Assembly (NCBI GenBank): GCA_002713205.1 | Contig: PAVW01000005.1 | Span: 1-31,695, forward strand | From: Nitrososphaerota archaeon | Lineage (GTDB): Archaea > Thermoproteota > Nitrososphaeria > Nitrososphaerales > UBA57 | Length of the DNA stretch: 31,695 bases | Direction: 5' to 3' | Part shown: positions 8,417 through 17,367 of the stretch, in pieces | Numbering within the stretch: position 1 is the stretch's first letter | How the letters are laid out: each line of letters begins with the position of its first letter | Notes under the pieces: generated by a model | Seen by the model: only the letters and a program-made list of their open reading frames with translations | What the model was told of the DNA's origin: nothing | Database searches by the model: none | Made by a program: the position numbers and the translations under genes

Positions 8417-9418
8417 TTATAACCAATGCGGCTTAACTAAAAATTCGTCTAATTCTTTTCCATCTAATAAATCTAATAATGCTTCAGCTTGAGGTGCAGA
8501 TAACACCGGCTTTTTAAAAGTATATCCATCTATAGACACCCTTGGACAAGATGTTTGAATAAAAGCATCTATCGACTTAAAATAAGCAATTCTTTCACTT
8601 GTTACTTCTCTCATAGCAATTAATTGCACTTCTTTTCCTTTCTCTTCTAGTCTTTTTTTTATTGATAATAATTTCTTTGTATCAAATTGCCCTTCTTTTA
8701 AACCTAAAACCAATCCAAATTTTTCCGCATATCTTGCTTTTGAAATTGATAGAATAGCCTTTTTCTTTCTATCTTTTGATACTTCTTCTAAATTAATTAT
8801 TTCTTCAGTATGAGGATCAATCATTAGTGTTGGCTTTCCTGAAGATAACGAAACTCCTATTCCATGAAAATTACTATTGCCTAGTACAATAAATGCATCA
8901 ACATCTTTACGAATATAAAATGCAGGATAAAATTCACAACCAAAAATTTGTCCATCTCTTAATTGACCTCCACCTTTTCCAATAATTACTCTTATTCCTT
9001 TCTCTTCTAGTTTTCTTTTTACAAATTCAATTTGATGTAAATATTGACTAAATGTCACTAAACCAATAGTCTTAAACTGCTTAAGATCATTGATTGTTTT
9101 TTCTATAGCTCCTTTAAAACTAATATCATCAAATGCATCAATCATAATTGTTCTATCACCCAATTTTTCAAAAGAAATTGTATGACCTATGTTAAATGCT
9201 AATTCAGCTCCAATTCTTTTTGCGTCAAAATTTGTAGTATCACAACTACCATAACATGAATCTCCCATGATGAATACATCAATTCCAAATTCTTTTGTTA
9301 TTCGTGTAGATATATCTTCTAGATACATCATTAATCCATCAGGTGCACTTATGCATATTTTTTTTGGTTTATGCGTTCGTATTTCATTAAATATTTTTAA
9401 TTCATCAATTTTAATCAT
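8417..9418 (-). CDS. dph2: Diphthamide biosynthesis enzyme Dph2 (2-(3-amino-3-carboxypropyl)histidine synthase)
   Basis: 333 aa with archaeal Dph2 architecture. Conserved Cys-containing blocks are YGSCDT and QTSCPR, and the C-terminus is typical of the family. Confidence 0.8.
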   Translation of the reverse strand: MIKIDELKIFNEIRTHKPKKICISAPDGLMMYLEDISTRITKEFGIDVFIMGDSCYGSCDTTNFDAKRIGAELAFNIGHTISFEKLGDRTIMIDAFDDISFKGAIEKTINDLKQFKTIGLVTFSQYLHQIEFVKRKLEEKGIRVIIGKGGGQLRDGQIFGCEFYPAFYIRKDVDAFIVLGNSNFHGIGVSLSSGKPTLMIDPHTEEIINLEEVSKDRKKKAILSISKARYAEKFGLVLGLKEGQFDTKKLLSIKKRLEEKGKEVQLIAMREVTSERIAYFKSIDAFIQTSCPRVSIDGYTFKKPVLSAPQAEALLDLLDGKELDEFLVKPHWL

Positions 9419-9462
9419 TTTTAATATATTGATGTTATGGATAGTTATATTATAATTTTATT

Positions 9463-10677
9463 CTAATTGCTAATACTATTTTTTACATAGTTATTTACAA
9501 CATAATCTGCAAATGGTAAACTACAAGTCATTCCAGGTGAAACTGCATTTAATATATGAGTGATATTGTTTTGATTTTTTATTATTAAATCATCAACTAA
9601 CTCACCATTTCTATCTACTAATTGTGCTCTAATTCCAGAATAACCTTCTTGAAAATCTGCGCTTTTTAAATTTGGAATAAGATTTTGTGCCTGTTCCACA
9701 AATTTACCTTTAGAAAACGATTGGATAAACTCGTTTTTCATTTTTACCGAATTCAATAACATCATTTTCCAAAACCCATCATACGAGATAATATCTTTTA
9801 TATCTGAAATACTAAATTGTTTATTGCTATACGCTTCTCTTCCAAACGCTAAAACTGCATTTGGCCCAACAATTATATTATTATCTATAGTTCTCGTGAT
9901 ATGAATTCCTAAGAATGGTAGATTAGGATCAGGTATAGGATAAACCATTGATTTAATTAAGAATGATTTTTCCTTAATTAATTGATAATATTTTCCACGA
10001 AATGGTATAATTCGATAATTTAATTTCAATCCAGTTAAATTTGCTATTCTATCCGCATAAATTCCAGCACAATTAATTAGATATTTTGATTTAATTTCAT
10101 AATTTTTTGTATTTACAAGAATTTGACCGTTTTTTTGGGTTATTTTTAGAACTTTCTCCCCCAATAAAAAATTAACACCATTATTCTTCGTTTCTGCCGC
10201 CATGGTTTTTACTAATATTTTTGAATTTACAATAGACCCAGTAGGAGAGTATAATCCTTTTTTCCCCTTTACATATGGCTCTATTTTCCTTAATTCATCA
10301 TTGTTAACTATCTTAATTCCAGGCACATTGTTAATCTTTCCTCTATCTAACAGCTTGTATAACGTCTCTGAATCATGTTCATTTTTTGCTACAACTAATG
10401 TACCAGTTTTTTTATATGGAACATTATTTAATAAACAATATTCTAACAGTTTTTTATTTCCTTCAACACAGAACCTTGCTTTTAATGAATTTGGTTTATA
10501 GTAAAATCCAGAATGAATAACTCCACTATTTCTACTACTAGCATGTTCTCCCACATGATTTTCTTTTTCTAAAACCACAACTTTTTTCTTAGTTTTCGAA
10601 ATTATTGATTTTGCTATTGCACAACCAATTATTCCTCCGCCTATTATTATTATATCATATTCTTTCATAATCATCAC
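9463..10677 (-). CDS. FAD-dependent oxidoreductase, L-2-hydroxyglutarate oxidase/dehydrogenase (LhgO)-like
   Basis: Rossmann motif DIIIIGGGIIGCA, then HASSRNSGVIHSGFYYKPNSLKARFC, which is typical of the LhgO family. Confidence 0.7.
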   Translation of the reverse strand: MMIMKEYDIIIIGGGIIGCAIAKSIISKTKKKVVVLEKENHVGEHASSRNSGVIHSGFYYKPNSLKARFCVEGNKKLLEYCLLNNVPYKKTGTLVVAKNEHDSETLYKLLDRGKINNVPGIKIVNNDELRKIEPYVKGKKGLYSPTGSIVNSKILVKTMAAETKNNGVNFLLGEKVLKITQKNGQILVNTKNYEIKSKYLINCAGIYADRIANLTGLKLNYRIIPFRGKYYQLIKEKSFLIKSMVYPIPDPNLPFLGIHITRTIDNNIIVGPNAVLAFGREAYSNKQFSISDIKDIISYDGFWKMMLLNSVKMKNEFIQSFSKGKFVEQAQNLIPNLKSADFQEGYSGIRAQLVDRNGELVDDLIIKNQNNITHILNAVSPGMTCSLPFADYVVNNYVKNSISN

Positions 10678-10744
10678 AATAATTTCTAAATATTATTTAT
10701 TAATAGAAATCTAGAACAAACCAATTGAAAAACATATTATTAGA

Positions 10745-10778
10745 AATTGATGGCAAAGACATAACTTCGCCATCAATT
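10745..10778 (-). other. Perfect 10-bp inverted repeat (AATTGATGGC / GCCATCAATT) with a 14-nt loop, abutting the predicted 3' end of RNase P RNA
   Basis: 10745-10754 is the exact reverse complement of 10769-10778. It sits between rnpB and the start of the downstream minus-strand gene. Confidence 0.6.
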
Positions 10779-11110
10779 AGGCGCGTCTTAGTAGTTTAAG
10801 GAATAACAAAAATTCCAATCAATTATTGCTACTTAACCCTCTTTTTGTTTCAGGTAGGATTTAGCTTAGCGGCCTACCCAAGTCTCAATCAGGAAATCTT
10901 TGACTCTGTTTGGCCTTGCTCCATGTGGGACGGCCGTTTCATTCCATCACTTGAAACCTCAGATTTTCATCCTCATCGTATTAACAAGCTTGGATATCGT
11001 TTCTGCTCCGGTGCCATCCATCTCTGAATATGTCTCTCGACATCACATTCCTGATAGGAGAGAGGAGTTTCCTCAGTTATACCGAAACCTACCCTCTAAC
11101 TCACGCCACT
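10778..11110 (-). ncRNA. rnpB: RNase P RNA (archaeal type A-like); boundaries are approximate
   Basis: GC-rich island. The minus strand carries CUGAGGAAACUCC (CR-I, cf. GAGGAAAGUCC), GGAGCAAGGCCAAACAGAG (cf. E. coli GGAGCAAGGCCAAAUAGGG), UUGGGUAGGCCGCUAAGC (cf. GGGUAGGCUGCUUGAGC) and ACAAAAAGAGGGUUAAG (CR-V, cf. ACAGAAnnCGGCUUA). AGAGG-GUU can pair with AAACUCCUCU as P4. Terminal pairing GGCGUG/CGCGCC plus UUAG/CUAA could form P1. Confidence 0.85.
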
Positions 11111-11157
11111 AAATTGTATGATAAAGTAATTGATAAACTATGACTTTAGTATCTTAA

Positions 11158-11778
11158 CTACGGAAAGAATTTTTTATATTGAAGAATCCCTATTTCATGA
11201 TAAAATTCAAATTTTAATTTCGTGGATTTTCTATTAAACATTCCTGCTAGTCCTTTTTTCTCTTCTGCTGTAAAAATCCCATCAACACTCATACCTTGAA
11301 TATTTTTTATATTATTTAGTAGATCTTCGTTGAATTCAATTGATGATATATAATATACTTGACTTAGTTTTGGCTGATTATTCTTTAATTTTCTTATTTT
11401 CTCTACAAAATCATTAACAGCTTCAAAATTCAAGTTATCGTTAATACATTCTGCTACACAAATAATTTCGTCTTCTTCACGTGCTACTATATTAAAATCA
11501 CCAATATTTGCAATCTGATTTTCAATAACAATATTTGTAGTGTTTAATTGTTTACATATCCATTGAGCACTTCTTAATAGTAAAAATTCATTTCTTCCCT
11601 TATTCCCCTCAACTAATGATGAATGCAAACTTCGTACTGCGCCATCATTCATCTTTTTTAAACTATTTATCATGCCCTCTCCTAAACTTGACCTTTCTTT
11701 TTTTGCAATATATTCAATTAAACCATAAGGAATTTTTATTTTTAATAATTCGTGAATCATTTCTTCCTTTGTTTTCAT
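11158..11778 (-). CDS. Hypothetical protein (206 aa), possibly with a degenerate PD-(D/E)xK nuclease-like core
   Basis: Long ORF with normal local codon composition. The segment GDFNIVAREEDEIICVAECIND resembles the G-x-D...E-x-K strand pattern of restriction-endonuclease-fold proteins, but Ile replaces the Lys. I recognise no family. Confidence 0.5.
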   Translation of the reverse strand: MKTKEEMIHELLKIKIPYGLIEYIAKKERSSLGEGMINSLKKMNDGAVRSLHSSLVEGNKGRNEFLLLRSAQWICKQLNTTNIVIENQIANIGDFNIVAREEDEIICVAECINDNLNFEAVNDFVEKIRKLKNNQPKLSQVYYISSIEFNEDLLNNIKNIQGMSVDGIFTAEEKKGLAGMFNRKSTKLKFEFYHEIGILQYKKFFP

Positions 11779-11877
11779 TTTTTATTTATTGATTTATGTA
11801 TTATTAATCATTTTGTATAAATACAAATAATCATTCAAATAGAAATATAAATTAATGTATACATTATATTATTATTT

Positions 11878-12123
11878 ATGGGTAAAAAAATCGCTACAAT
11901 ATTATTAAGTCATGTTTGTGATGAAGAACCATGTCACCTTACTAATGAAGATCAACGCAAATGGATTACCAATATTCTTCCAAAAGATAAACTCGGTTGG
12001 AATTGGAAAATTGACACTGTTAACGTTTTTGATATTACTACATCATCTAACGAACAGGATACAAACTCATTTATAACCAGAACATTTGAAAAATCAAATA
12101 CTAAAGAAAAATCAGAATTATAA
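11878..12123 (+). CDS. Hypothetical small protein (81 aa)
   Basis: ATG-initiated ORF in an otherwise unassigned gap, divergent from 11158..11778. I recognise no motif. Confidence 0.4.
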   Translation: MGKKIATILLSHVCDEEPCHLTNEDQRKWITNILPKDKLGWNWKIDTVNVFDITTSSNEQDTNSFITRTFEKSNTKEKSEL

Positions 12124-12140
12124 CTATATGACGATCTTAA

Positions 12141-12214
12141 TGCGGGATCCGGGATTTGAACCCGAGACCCTCAGCTTGGGAAGCTGATATCCTACCAGAC
12201 TAGACGAATCCCGC
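12141..12214 (-). tRNA. tRNA-Gly (anticodon CCC); 74 nt, no encoded CCA, no intron
   Basis: The minus strand reads GCGGGAU-UC-GUCU-AGUCUGGUA-GGAU-A-UCAGC-UUCCCAA-GCUGA-GGGUC-UCGGG-UUCAAAU-CCCGG-AUCCCGC-A. This folds as a cloverleaf with U33 and A37, and the T-loop is UUCAAAU. Confidence 0.9.
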
Positions 12215-12256
12215 ATTTTTAATAATCTATAAAGATATTTTTTTTATTTATTAAAT

Positions 12257-12604
12257 TTATGTTCCTTCGGTTGCTCTTTTCAACATGAAAGCACCATCTT
12301 TCAGAATTAATTCAAATATATCATTAACTTCAAAGCGAATTGCTAACATATCATATTCAGATTCTGACAAAAACAATGTCATTTTTGGTAAAACTATTCC
12401 CCTTGAATTGATTGGAAACATTCCTATTGATTGAAATTGTGAAATTATATCCCTTACTATTTTAGTTTCCTCTTTTGATCCCATTGATCCTACCATATTG
12501 TTGTTGTTTCTATTTCTAACCTCAACTAATTCAATTTGCTTACCTAGTTGAGATGTTTCTGGATCCGAAACACTGCTTATTTTGTTAACTTTTATTTTTA
12601 CCAT
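12257..12604 (-). CDS. Hypothetical protein (115 aa)
   Basis: ATG ORF filling the gap next to the tRNA. No recognisable motif. Confidence 0.45.
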   Translation of the reverse strand: MVKIKVNKISSVSDPETSQLGKQIELVEVRNRNNNNMVGSMGSKEETKIVRDIISQFQSIGMFPINSRGIVLPKMTLFLSESEYDMLAIRFEVNDIFELILKDGAFMLKRATEGT

Positions 12605-12707
12605 AATCTTAATATTTTTTATATTATATTTATATTTATTAAAATAAATATTTTGATAACCAAAATTAAATAACCTTTATAATCTATTTTTATAATTAGC
12701 AACACAA

Positions 12708-13910
12708 TTGACCAAATTTCTTCATCCATCAATTAATGATTTTTCAATTAACCTAAAACCCGAACATCAAGAAATACAAGAATTAGCACGAATATTTGCT
12801 GCTAATGAAATTGCTCCCATTGCAAATAAAATTGATCAAGAGGATAAAATTCCTGATACATTGATTAAAAAAATGTCTGAGCTTGGGTTTTTTGGTGTTC
12901 CTTATCCAACTGAATATGGTGGTGCAGGATATGATTATCTTTCTATGGCTTTAGTTATTGAGGAACTAGCTCGTGTAAGTTGTGCTGTATCCGTAATACC
13001 TGTTGCTCATACATTAATTGCAATGCCACTCACAAGTTTTGGTACAAAAGAACAAAAAACTCAATATTTAATCCCACTAGCAAAAGGCGATAAAATTGGA
13101 GCTCATGCGATGACAGAACCAGGTGCTGGCTCTGATGTTGCAGGTATAACCACAACTGCAGTTAAGGATGGAGATAGTTGGATTATTAATGGAACTAAGA
13201 CATTCTGTACGAATGGAGACATAGCAGACATTTTCCTCATTTTTGCACGAACATCTAATATACAAAATAAACGTCATCTTGGACTATCTGCTTTTATTAT
13301 TGAACGTAATACTGATGGATTTACAATTGGAAACCCAATTTCTAAAACTGGTATACGTGGTTCTAAATCTGTAGAATTAATTTTAGAAGATGTTAAAATC
13401 CCTGATTCTAACATATTGGGTGGAGAAGGAAAAGGTTTCTACGTAGCAATGGATTGTTATGATCATGGGAGAATTGAAATAGCTGCACAAGGTGTTGGTA
13501 TAGGTCAAGCAGCAATTGAATCCGCTGCAAAATATATTACCCAGAGAATTGCATTTGGCAAACCAATTATGGAATTTCAAGGTCCTCAGTTTCTTTTAGC
13601 GGAAGCTTCTTCTGAATTACAAGCCTCTCGACTTCTTACTTATTGGGCAGCTTCACTCCGAGATCAAGATAAAGACTTTGTCTCTGCCGCGTGTATGGCA
13701 AAGATGTATGCAACAGAAGCCGCAGAAAGAGCGGCTTTAACCGCTATTAAATTAGGCGGTTCAGCTGGTGTTGCCACTGAATATCCTATGGAAAGATATC
13801 TTAGAGATATACAAGTTACAAAAATTTATGAAGGTACAAATGATATACAACGTGTTACTTTAGGTCGATTATTGTACAAAGAAACAAAAAATGAATTAGG
13901 ATTGACATAG
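12708..13910 (+). CDS. Acyl-CoA dehydrogenase (short/medium-chain type)
   Basis: ACAD blocks: GAHAMTEPGAGSDVAG, WIINGTKTFCTNG, RIAFGKPI, IYEGTNDIQR. TTG start in the track. Confidence 0.85.
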   Translation: MTKFLHPSINDFSINLKPEHQEIQELARIFAANEIAPIANKIDQEDKIPDTLIKKMSELGFFGVPYPTEYGGAGYDYLSMALVIEELARVSCAVSVIPVAHTLIAMPLTSFGTKEQKTQYLIPLAKGDKIGAHAMTEPGAGSDVAGITTTAVKDGDSWIINGTKTFCTNGDIADIFLIFARTSNIQNKRHLGLSAFIIERNTDGFTIGNPISKTGIRGSKSVELILEDVKIPDSNILGGEGKGFYVAMDCYDHGRIEIAAQGVGIGQAAIESAAKYITQRIAFGKPIMEFQGPQFLLAEASSELQASRLLTYWAASLRDQDKDFVSAACMAKMYATEAAERAALTAIKLGGSAGVATEYPMERYLRDIQVTKIYEGTNDIQRVTLGRLLYKETKNELGLT

Positions 13911-13943
13911 TTCAATATTATTAATTATTAGGTATTGTGTTAT

Positions 13944-14357
13944 TTATTCAGTAGACTCGTTAGATACTACATTTGTTTCCACTTCAGCTAATACATTCGC
14001 ATAATCTTGATCAATTACTCTTGCTGTTATTAGATTTACTAATGAGTTAGTAGATGATTCACCAGTAACTTTTCCACCCCTTCCACGAATTTGCCTCCAC
14101 TTAATGTTTGTATTTCCACTTTTTGATTGATATATAATGCCAAGAACATCTCTAACATTTATGAAGGTGATATCTCGTTCCTTTTTTAATGTGACTTTAT
14201 CTGCTGCCTCTATATATATCGAACCAGTTTCTCCATCCTTTTCTGGAAACACCTCAGGATCATGAAGATAACTTTCAGGCATATACGACAAACAAGTACT
14301 ATTTATTAAAAATCGACGAAAACTTTCTAAACTTGATGTTGTATCTATGCTTACCAT
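13944..14357 (-). CDS. Hypothetical protein (137 aa)
   Basis: ATG ORF, convergent with the acyl-CoA dehydrogenase gene. No recognisable motif. Confidence 0.45.
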   Translation of the reverse strand: MVSIDTTSSLESFRRFLINSTCLSYMPESYLHDPEVFPEKDGETGSIYIEAADKVTLKKERDITFINVRDVLGIIYQSKSGNTNIKWRQIRGRGGKVTGESSTNSLVNLITARVIDQDYANVLAEVETNVVSNESTE

Positions 14358-14425
14358 ATTATATTACTCACCTTTATGATTAATTTAAGTTATTCTGATT
14401 GCAATATTCCGATAACAATTACCTG

Positions 14426-14986
14426 TTATTTGAAATCTTCTACAAACTTTCTAACAAATAATATTACATCAAACAAATTTTTAACCCTAATTATGTTGTT
14501 GTTTTCCTTAATCTCTCGATTCCATGGTTGATTATATACCAATGCTATTTTTTTTGAATGGGCAATTTGTTTTACTTGAATCGGCGAATCATCCAAAAAA
14601 ATATTATAATCCAGAATTGCTTTTGATTCATTTGCATCAACAACTATTACATTGTCCAATTGAATTTTTTTATACTCTAGCCATTTATTGACAAAACCCA
14701 TTGTTTTTTTATTTCTTGCTGTAACCAAATCGACTTGACCAAAATTTCTTAATTGTATAATTTTCTCTGAAATATTATTCTCAGTTTCTTTTACATTCTG
14801 CCAATCTGCCCATGCCTCATCAAAAACTTCTTCAAAATCATTATATTGTAAACCAAATTGTTCCCAAAAATTCCAAGAATTTATTTGATTTTTTAAAATT
14901 TGAATATTGAATTTTTTTTGAAAAATTGGAATCCATATCTCACTTGCATCTGCAAGTACTCCATCTAGATCAATTGCAAGTTTCAA
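14426..14986 (-). CDS. HAD-superfamily phosphatase, 5'(3')-deoxyribonucleotidase (NT5C)-like
   Basis: HAD motif I at the N-terminus (AIDLDGVLAD), a later VTAR (motif II-like) and a FLDDSP (motif IV-like) block, and the size typical of the NT5C family. Confidence 0.7.
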   Translation of the reverse strand: MKLAIDLDGVLADASEIWIPIFQKKFNIQILKNQINSWNFWEQFGLQYNDFEEVFDEAWADWQNVKETENNISEKIIQLRNFGQVDLVTARNKKTMGFVNKWLEYKKIQLDNVIVVDANESKAILDYNIFLDDSPIQVKQIAHSKKIALVYNQPWNREIKENNNIIRVKNLFDVILFVRKFVEDFK

Positions 14987-15073
14987 TATACATCCCTTTT
15001 ATATTTCTTTAAAATATGTGTTATTATAAAAAAATATTAAATAATAACATAATCGTTTACTATTATTAAATTC

Positions 15074-15592
15074 ATGAACCATGATAAATTATTTGTGTAT
15101 CATCTTCATCAAGATGATCCTAAGAAATGCACAGCTTCAAAATTACTCCGTTTTAATTTAATTAAACCAATTCAACGTAGACATATAATTAACACTTGGA
15201 TAGTCCTTAATCCATTTTCAGATGATATTATCTCAAAAGCTGATCAACAACGAATTTCAAACGGACTAGTAGTTATAGATTGTTCATGGAAAAAAGGAAC
15301 TTCTATATTTTCTAAAAGTTTTCGTGGAAGAAACAAACGATTACCAATACTACAAGCAGGAAATCCTATAAATTATGCAAAACTTTTTACTCTTTCATCT
15401 GCTGAGGCGCTTGCCGCTTGTTTATTTATTATTGGATTTAGAGATGACGCTGAATTAATTCTCTCAAAATTTAAATGGGGACACACTTTTTTTGATTTAA
15501 ATTATGATATACTTGAACAATATTCTTCAGCAAATAATTCAGAAGAAATTTCTATTATTGAGCGTAAATATTATAGTAAATTTTTTCCATAA
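15074..15592 (+). CDS. tsr3: Tsr3 family 16S/18S rRNA aminocarboxypropyltransferase
   Basis: HQDDPKKCTASKL, VIDCSW, RLPILQAGNPINYAKLFTLSSAEALAACLFIIG and KFKWGHTFFDLN are the Tsr3 (DUF367) signatures. Confidence 0.85.
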   Translation: MNHDKLFVYHLHQDDPKKCTASKLLRFNLIKPIQRRHIINTWIVLNPFSDDIISKADQQRISNGLVVIDCSWKKGTSIFSKSFRGRNKRLPILQAGNPINYAKLFTLSSAEALAACLFIIGFRDDAELILSKFKWGHTFFDLNYDILEQYSSANNSEEISIIERKYYSKFFP

Positions 15593-15664
15593 TTACTTTT
15601 TACATTTCTAGTTTTAGCTATTTTAGTCATTATCTTTAAGTATTATAGAACAATATATTTTATA

Positions 15665-16096
15665 ATGCTGCTACCTGCAGAAATTGAAACTAAAACATCT
15701 GTACCTGCTTTACGTGCTTTAGTAGCTAAGAAATTAATTCAAGATCATGCTTTTAGCCAAAAAGAAACTGCTGAATTAATTGGTGTTACACAAGCTGCAA
15801 TAAGTAATTATTTACGGGGTACACGAGGCAATCTTACTTCATTAGGCGATGATGAAAGAATCAAGAATATTGTTTCTCAAATTACTATAATGATGGTTGA
15901 AAAACATGATTTAAGTGATATTATAAGTAAATTTAATGAAGCATGTTTGATTATCAGAAGTAGTCGACTGTTATGTGATATTCATAAAAAATTAGAACCA
16001 TCTCTTGATGTTGATAATTGCCATGTCTGTGAAATCGATTATAATGAAAGTGATTATGAAACATCTAATATGGTGTTTAAAACTAATAATAAATAA
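15665..16096 (+). CDS. Helix-turn-helix transcriptional regulator (COG2522-like) with a Cys/His-containing C-terminal region
   Basis: HTH block FSQKETAELIGVTQAAISNYLRG, preceded by the LLPAEIETKTSVPALRALVAKKL segment typical of this archaeal regulator family. The C-terminus has CDIH...CHVC. Confidence 0.65.
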   Translation: MLLPAEIETKTSVPALRALVAKKLIQDHAFSQKETAELIGVTQAAISNYLRGTRGNLTSLGDDERIKNIVSQITIMMVEKHDLSDIISKFNEACLIIRSSRLLCDIHKKLEPSLDVDNCHVCEIDYNESDYETSNMVFKTNNK

Positions 16097-16145
16097 TAAA
16101 TTATATTAATTATAAATATAGCATTCTTTTGCACAAATAATAACT

Positions 16146-16862
16146 ATGAAAATAATTATGTTAGGAACGGGTGACGCTTTTTCTACAGGTGGTAGAGCTA
16201 GCATATCAATTTTTCTAGACGGTACTTACAAAATTCTTTTAGATTGTTCTCCTCATGCTGTTTATTCACTGAGAAAATGTGGATATTCACCTAATCAAAT
16301 ACAATATGCATTCATAACACACCTTCATGGTGATCACGTAGGTGGTCTTCCATTTCTTTTACTTAATTTAATTCACAAAGAAAAAGGTAAAATCATTGTA
16401 TCTGGCCCCCCGGGCCTATCTAATCTAGTTAACTCTGTTTATTCGGAATTATTTGGCCAAACCAATTATACAGATTATCTAGATATAAGACCTCTAAATA
16501 AAAATTTTCCATTTCAAATTGATTACATACAGGGTAATCACTCAATTCTTGATTTTATTTACAAAATTGAAATGGATGGTATTAAAATAGTATATACAGG
16601 AGATACTAGAAAAGTAGATCTATCCAAATTTGCTTTTCAAGCTGATTATTTGTTTCACGAAGCAGCTGAAGTTGATGAAAAAAATGCAGAAAAATCTGGT
16701 CATACAACTCCTCTACAAGCAGCTAAAATAGCTAAAGAAGCTCAGGTTAAAAATTTAGTTTTAATTCATAGACCAGAATTTGATACTGATCTAATTAATA
16801 ATATTAAAAATATTTTTCCTAATACTATTTTCCCTAATGATTTTGATATAATTGAACAATAA
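16146..16862 (+). CDS. MBL-fold metallo-hydrolase (short RNase Z/phosphodiesterase-like), specific function unknown
   Basis: IIMLGTGDAF...LLDCSP...FITHLHGDHVGGLPFLL (HxHxDH motif), and later GDT and HEA blocks. Its 3' end overlaps the queD start by 11 nt. Confidence 0.75.
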   Translation: MKIIMLGTGDAFSTGGRASISIFLDGTYKILLDCSPHAVYSLRKCGYSPNQIQYAFITHLHGDHVGGLPFLLLNLIHKEKGKIIVSGPPGLSNLVNSVYSELFGQTNYTDYLDIRPLNKNFPFQIDYIQGNHSILDFIYKIEMDGIKIVYTGDTRKVDLSKFAFQADYLFHEAAEVDEKNAEKSGHTTPLQAAKIAKEAQVKNLVLIHRPEFDTDLINNIKNIFPNTIFPNDFDIIEQ

Positions 16863-17352
16863 TTTAAAAAATGATAATGACCCTAGTAAAAGTATTATTT
16901 TGAATTATTATTCGACCAAAAAATTTGGACCAATAACAACTAGTCACAGACAGTGGAGAGATAAAGGAAGTTGTAAATTTATACATGGTTATGCAAGATA
17001 TATTGAGGTTACATTTGCATGTAGCTCTTTAAATGAACAACAATGGGTCATGGATTTTGGTGGCTTAAATAAGCTTAATGATTGGCTTCATCAACAATGG
17101 GATCATAGATTGCTAATATCTAGTGACGATCCTTTGTTACAAGATTTCAAAATGCTTCATGATAAAGATGGATGTAATTTGAATATAATGGATATTAATA
17201 AAGGCTGGGGACCTGGTATTGAATCTTCATGTAAATTCGTGTTCGATTATGCTGATAATTGGATTAAACAATTAACATCAAATCGTGTCTGGATTTCTAA
17301 AATACAAATCTGGGAACATGAAAAAAATTCTGCAATTTTATCTATAGAGTAA
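16852..17352 (+). CDS. queD: 6-carboxy-5,6,7,8-tetrahydropterin synthase (QueD/PTPS family)
   Basis: PTPS-fold blocks: TSHRQWRDKGSCKFIHGYARYIEVTF, VMDFGGLNKL, WDHRLLI. Track start is TTG, overlapping the upstream stop. Confidence 0.75.
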   Translation: MNNNLKNDNDPSKSIILNYYSTKKFGPITTSHRQWRDKGSCKFIHGYARYIEVTFACSSLNEQQWVMDFGGLNKLNDWLHQQWDHRLLISSDDPLLQDFKMLHDKDGCNLNIMDINKGWGPGIESSCKFVFDYADNWIKQLTSNRVWISKIQIWEHEKNSAILSIE

Positions 17353-17367
17353 TACTCGTGAAATTCT

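Noticed and set aside
10202-10501. 99-aa plus-strand ORF inside the LhgO-like gene
   Set aside because: It is an antisense shadow with low-complexity Phe/Leu/Asn-rich composition typical of the reverse frame of AT-rich genes. The same applies to 13077..13277, 13383..13580, 17642..17824, 19242..19487 and 19887..20204.
10845-11112. Track ORFs 10845..11027 (+) and 10900..11112 (+), of 60 and 70 aa
   Set aside because: They lie entirely inside the GC-rich RNase P RNA gene on the opposite strand. They are open only because of the local GC content and have no protein-like features.
12124-12256. tRNA-Gly as an integration site for a mobile element
   Set aside because: No direct repeat of the tRNA 3' half occurs elsewhere in the window. 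There is no integrase or recombinase gene, and the flanking composition matches the rest of the window.
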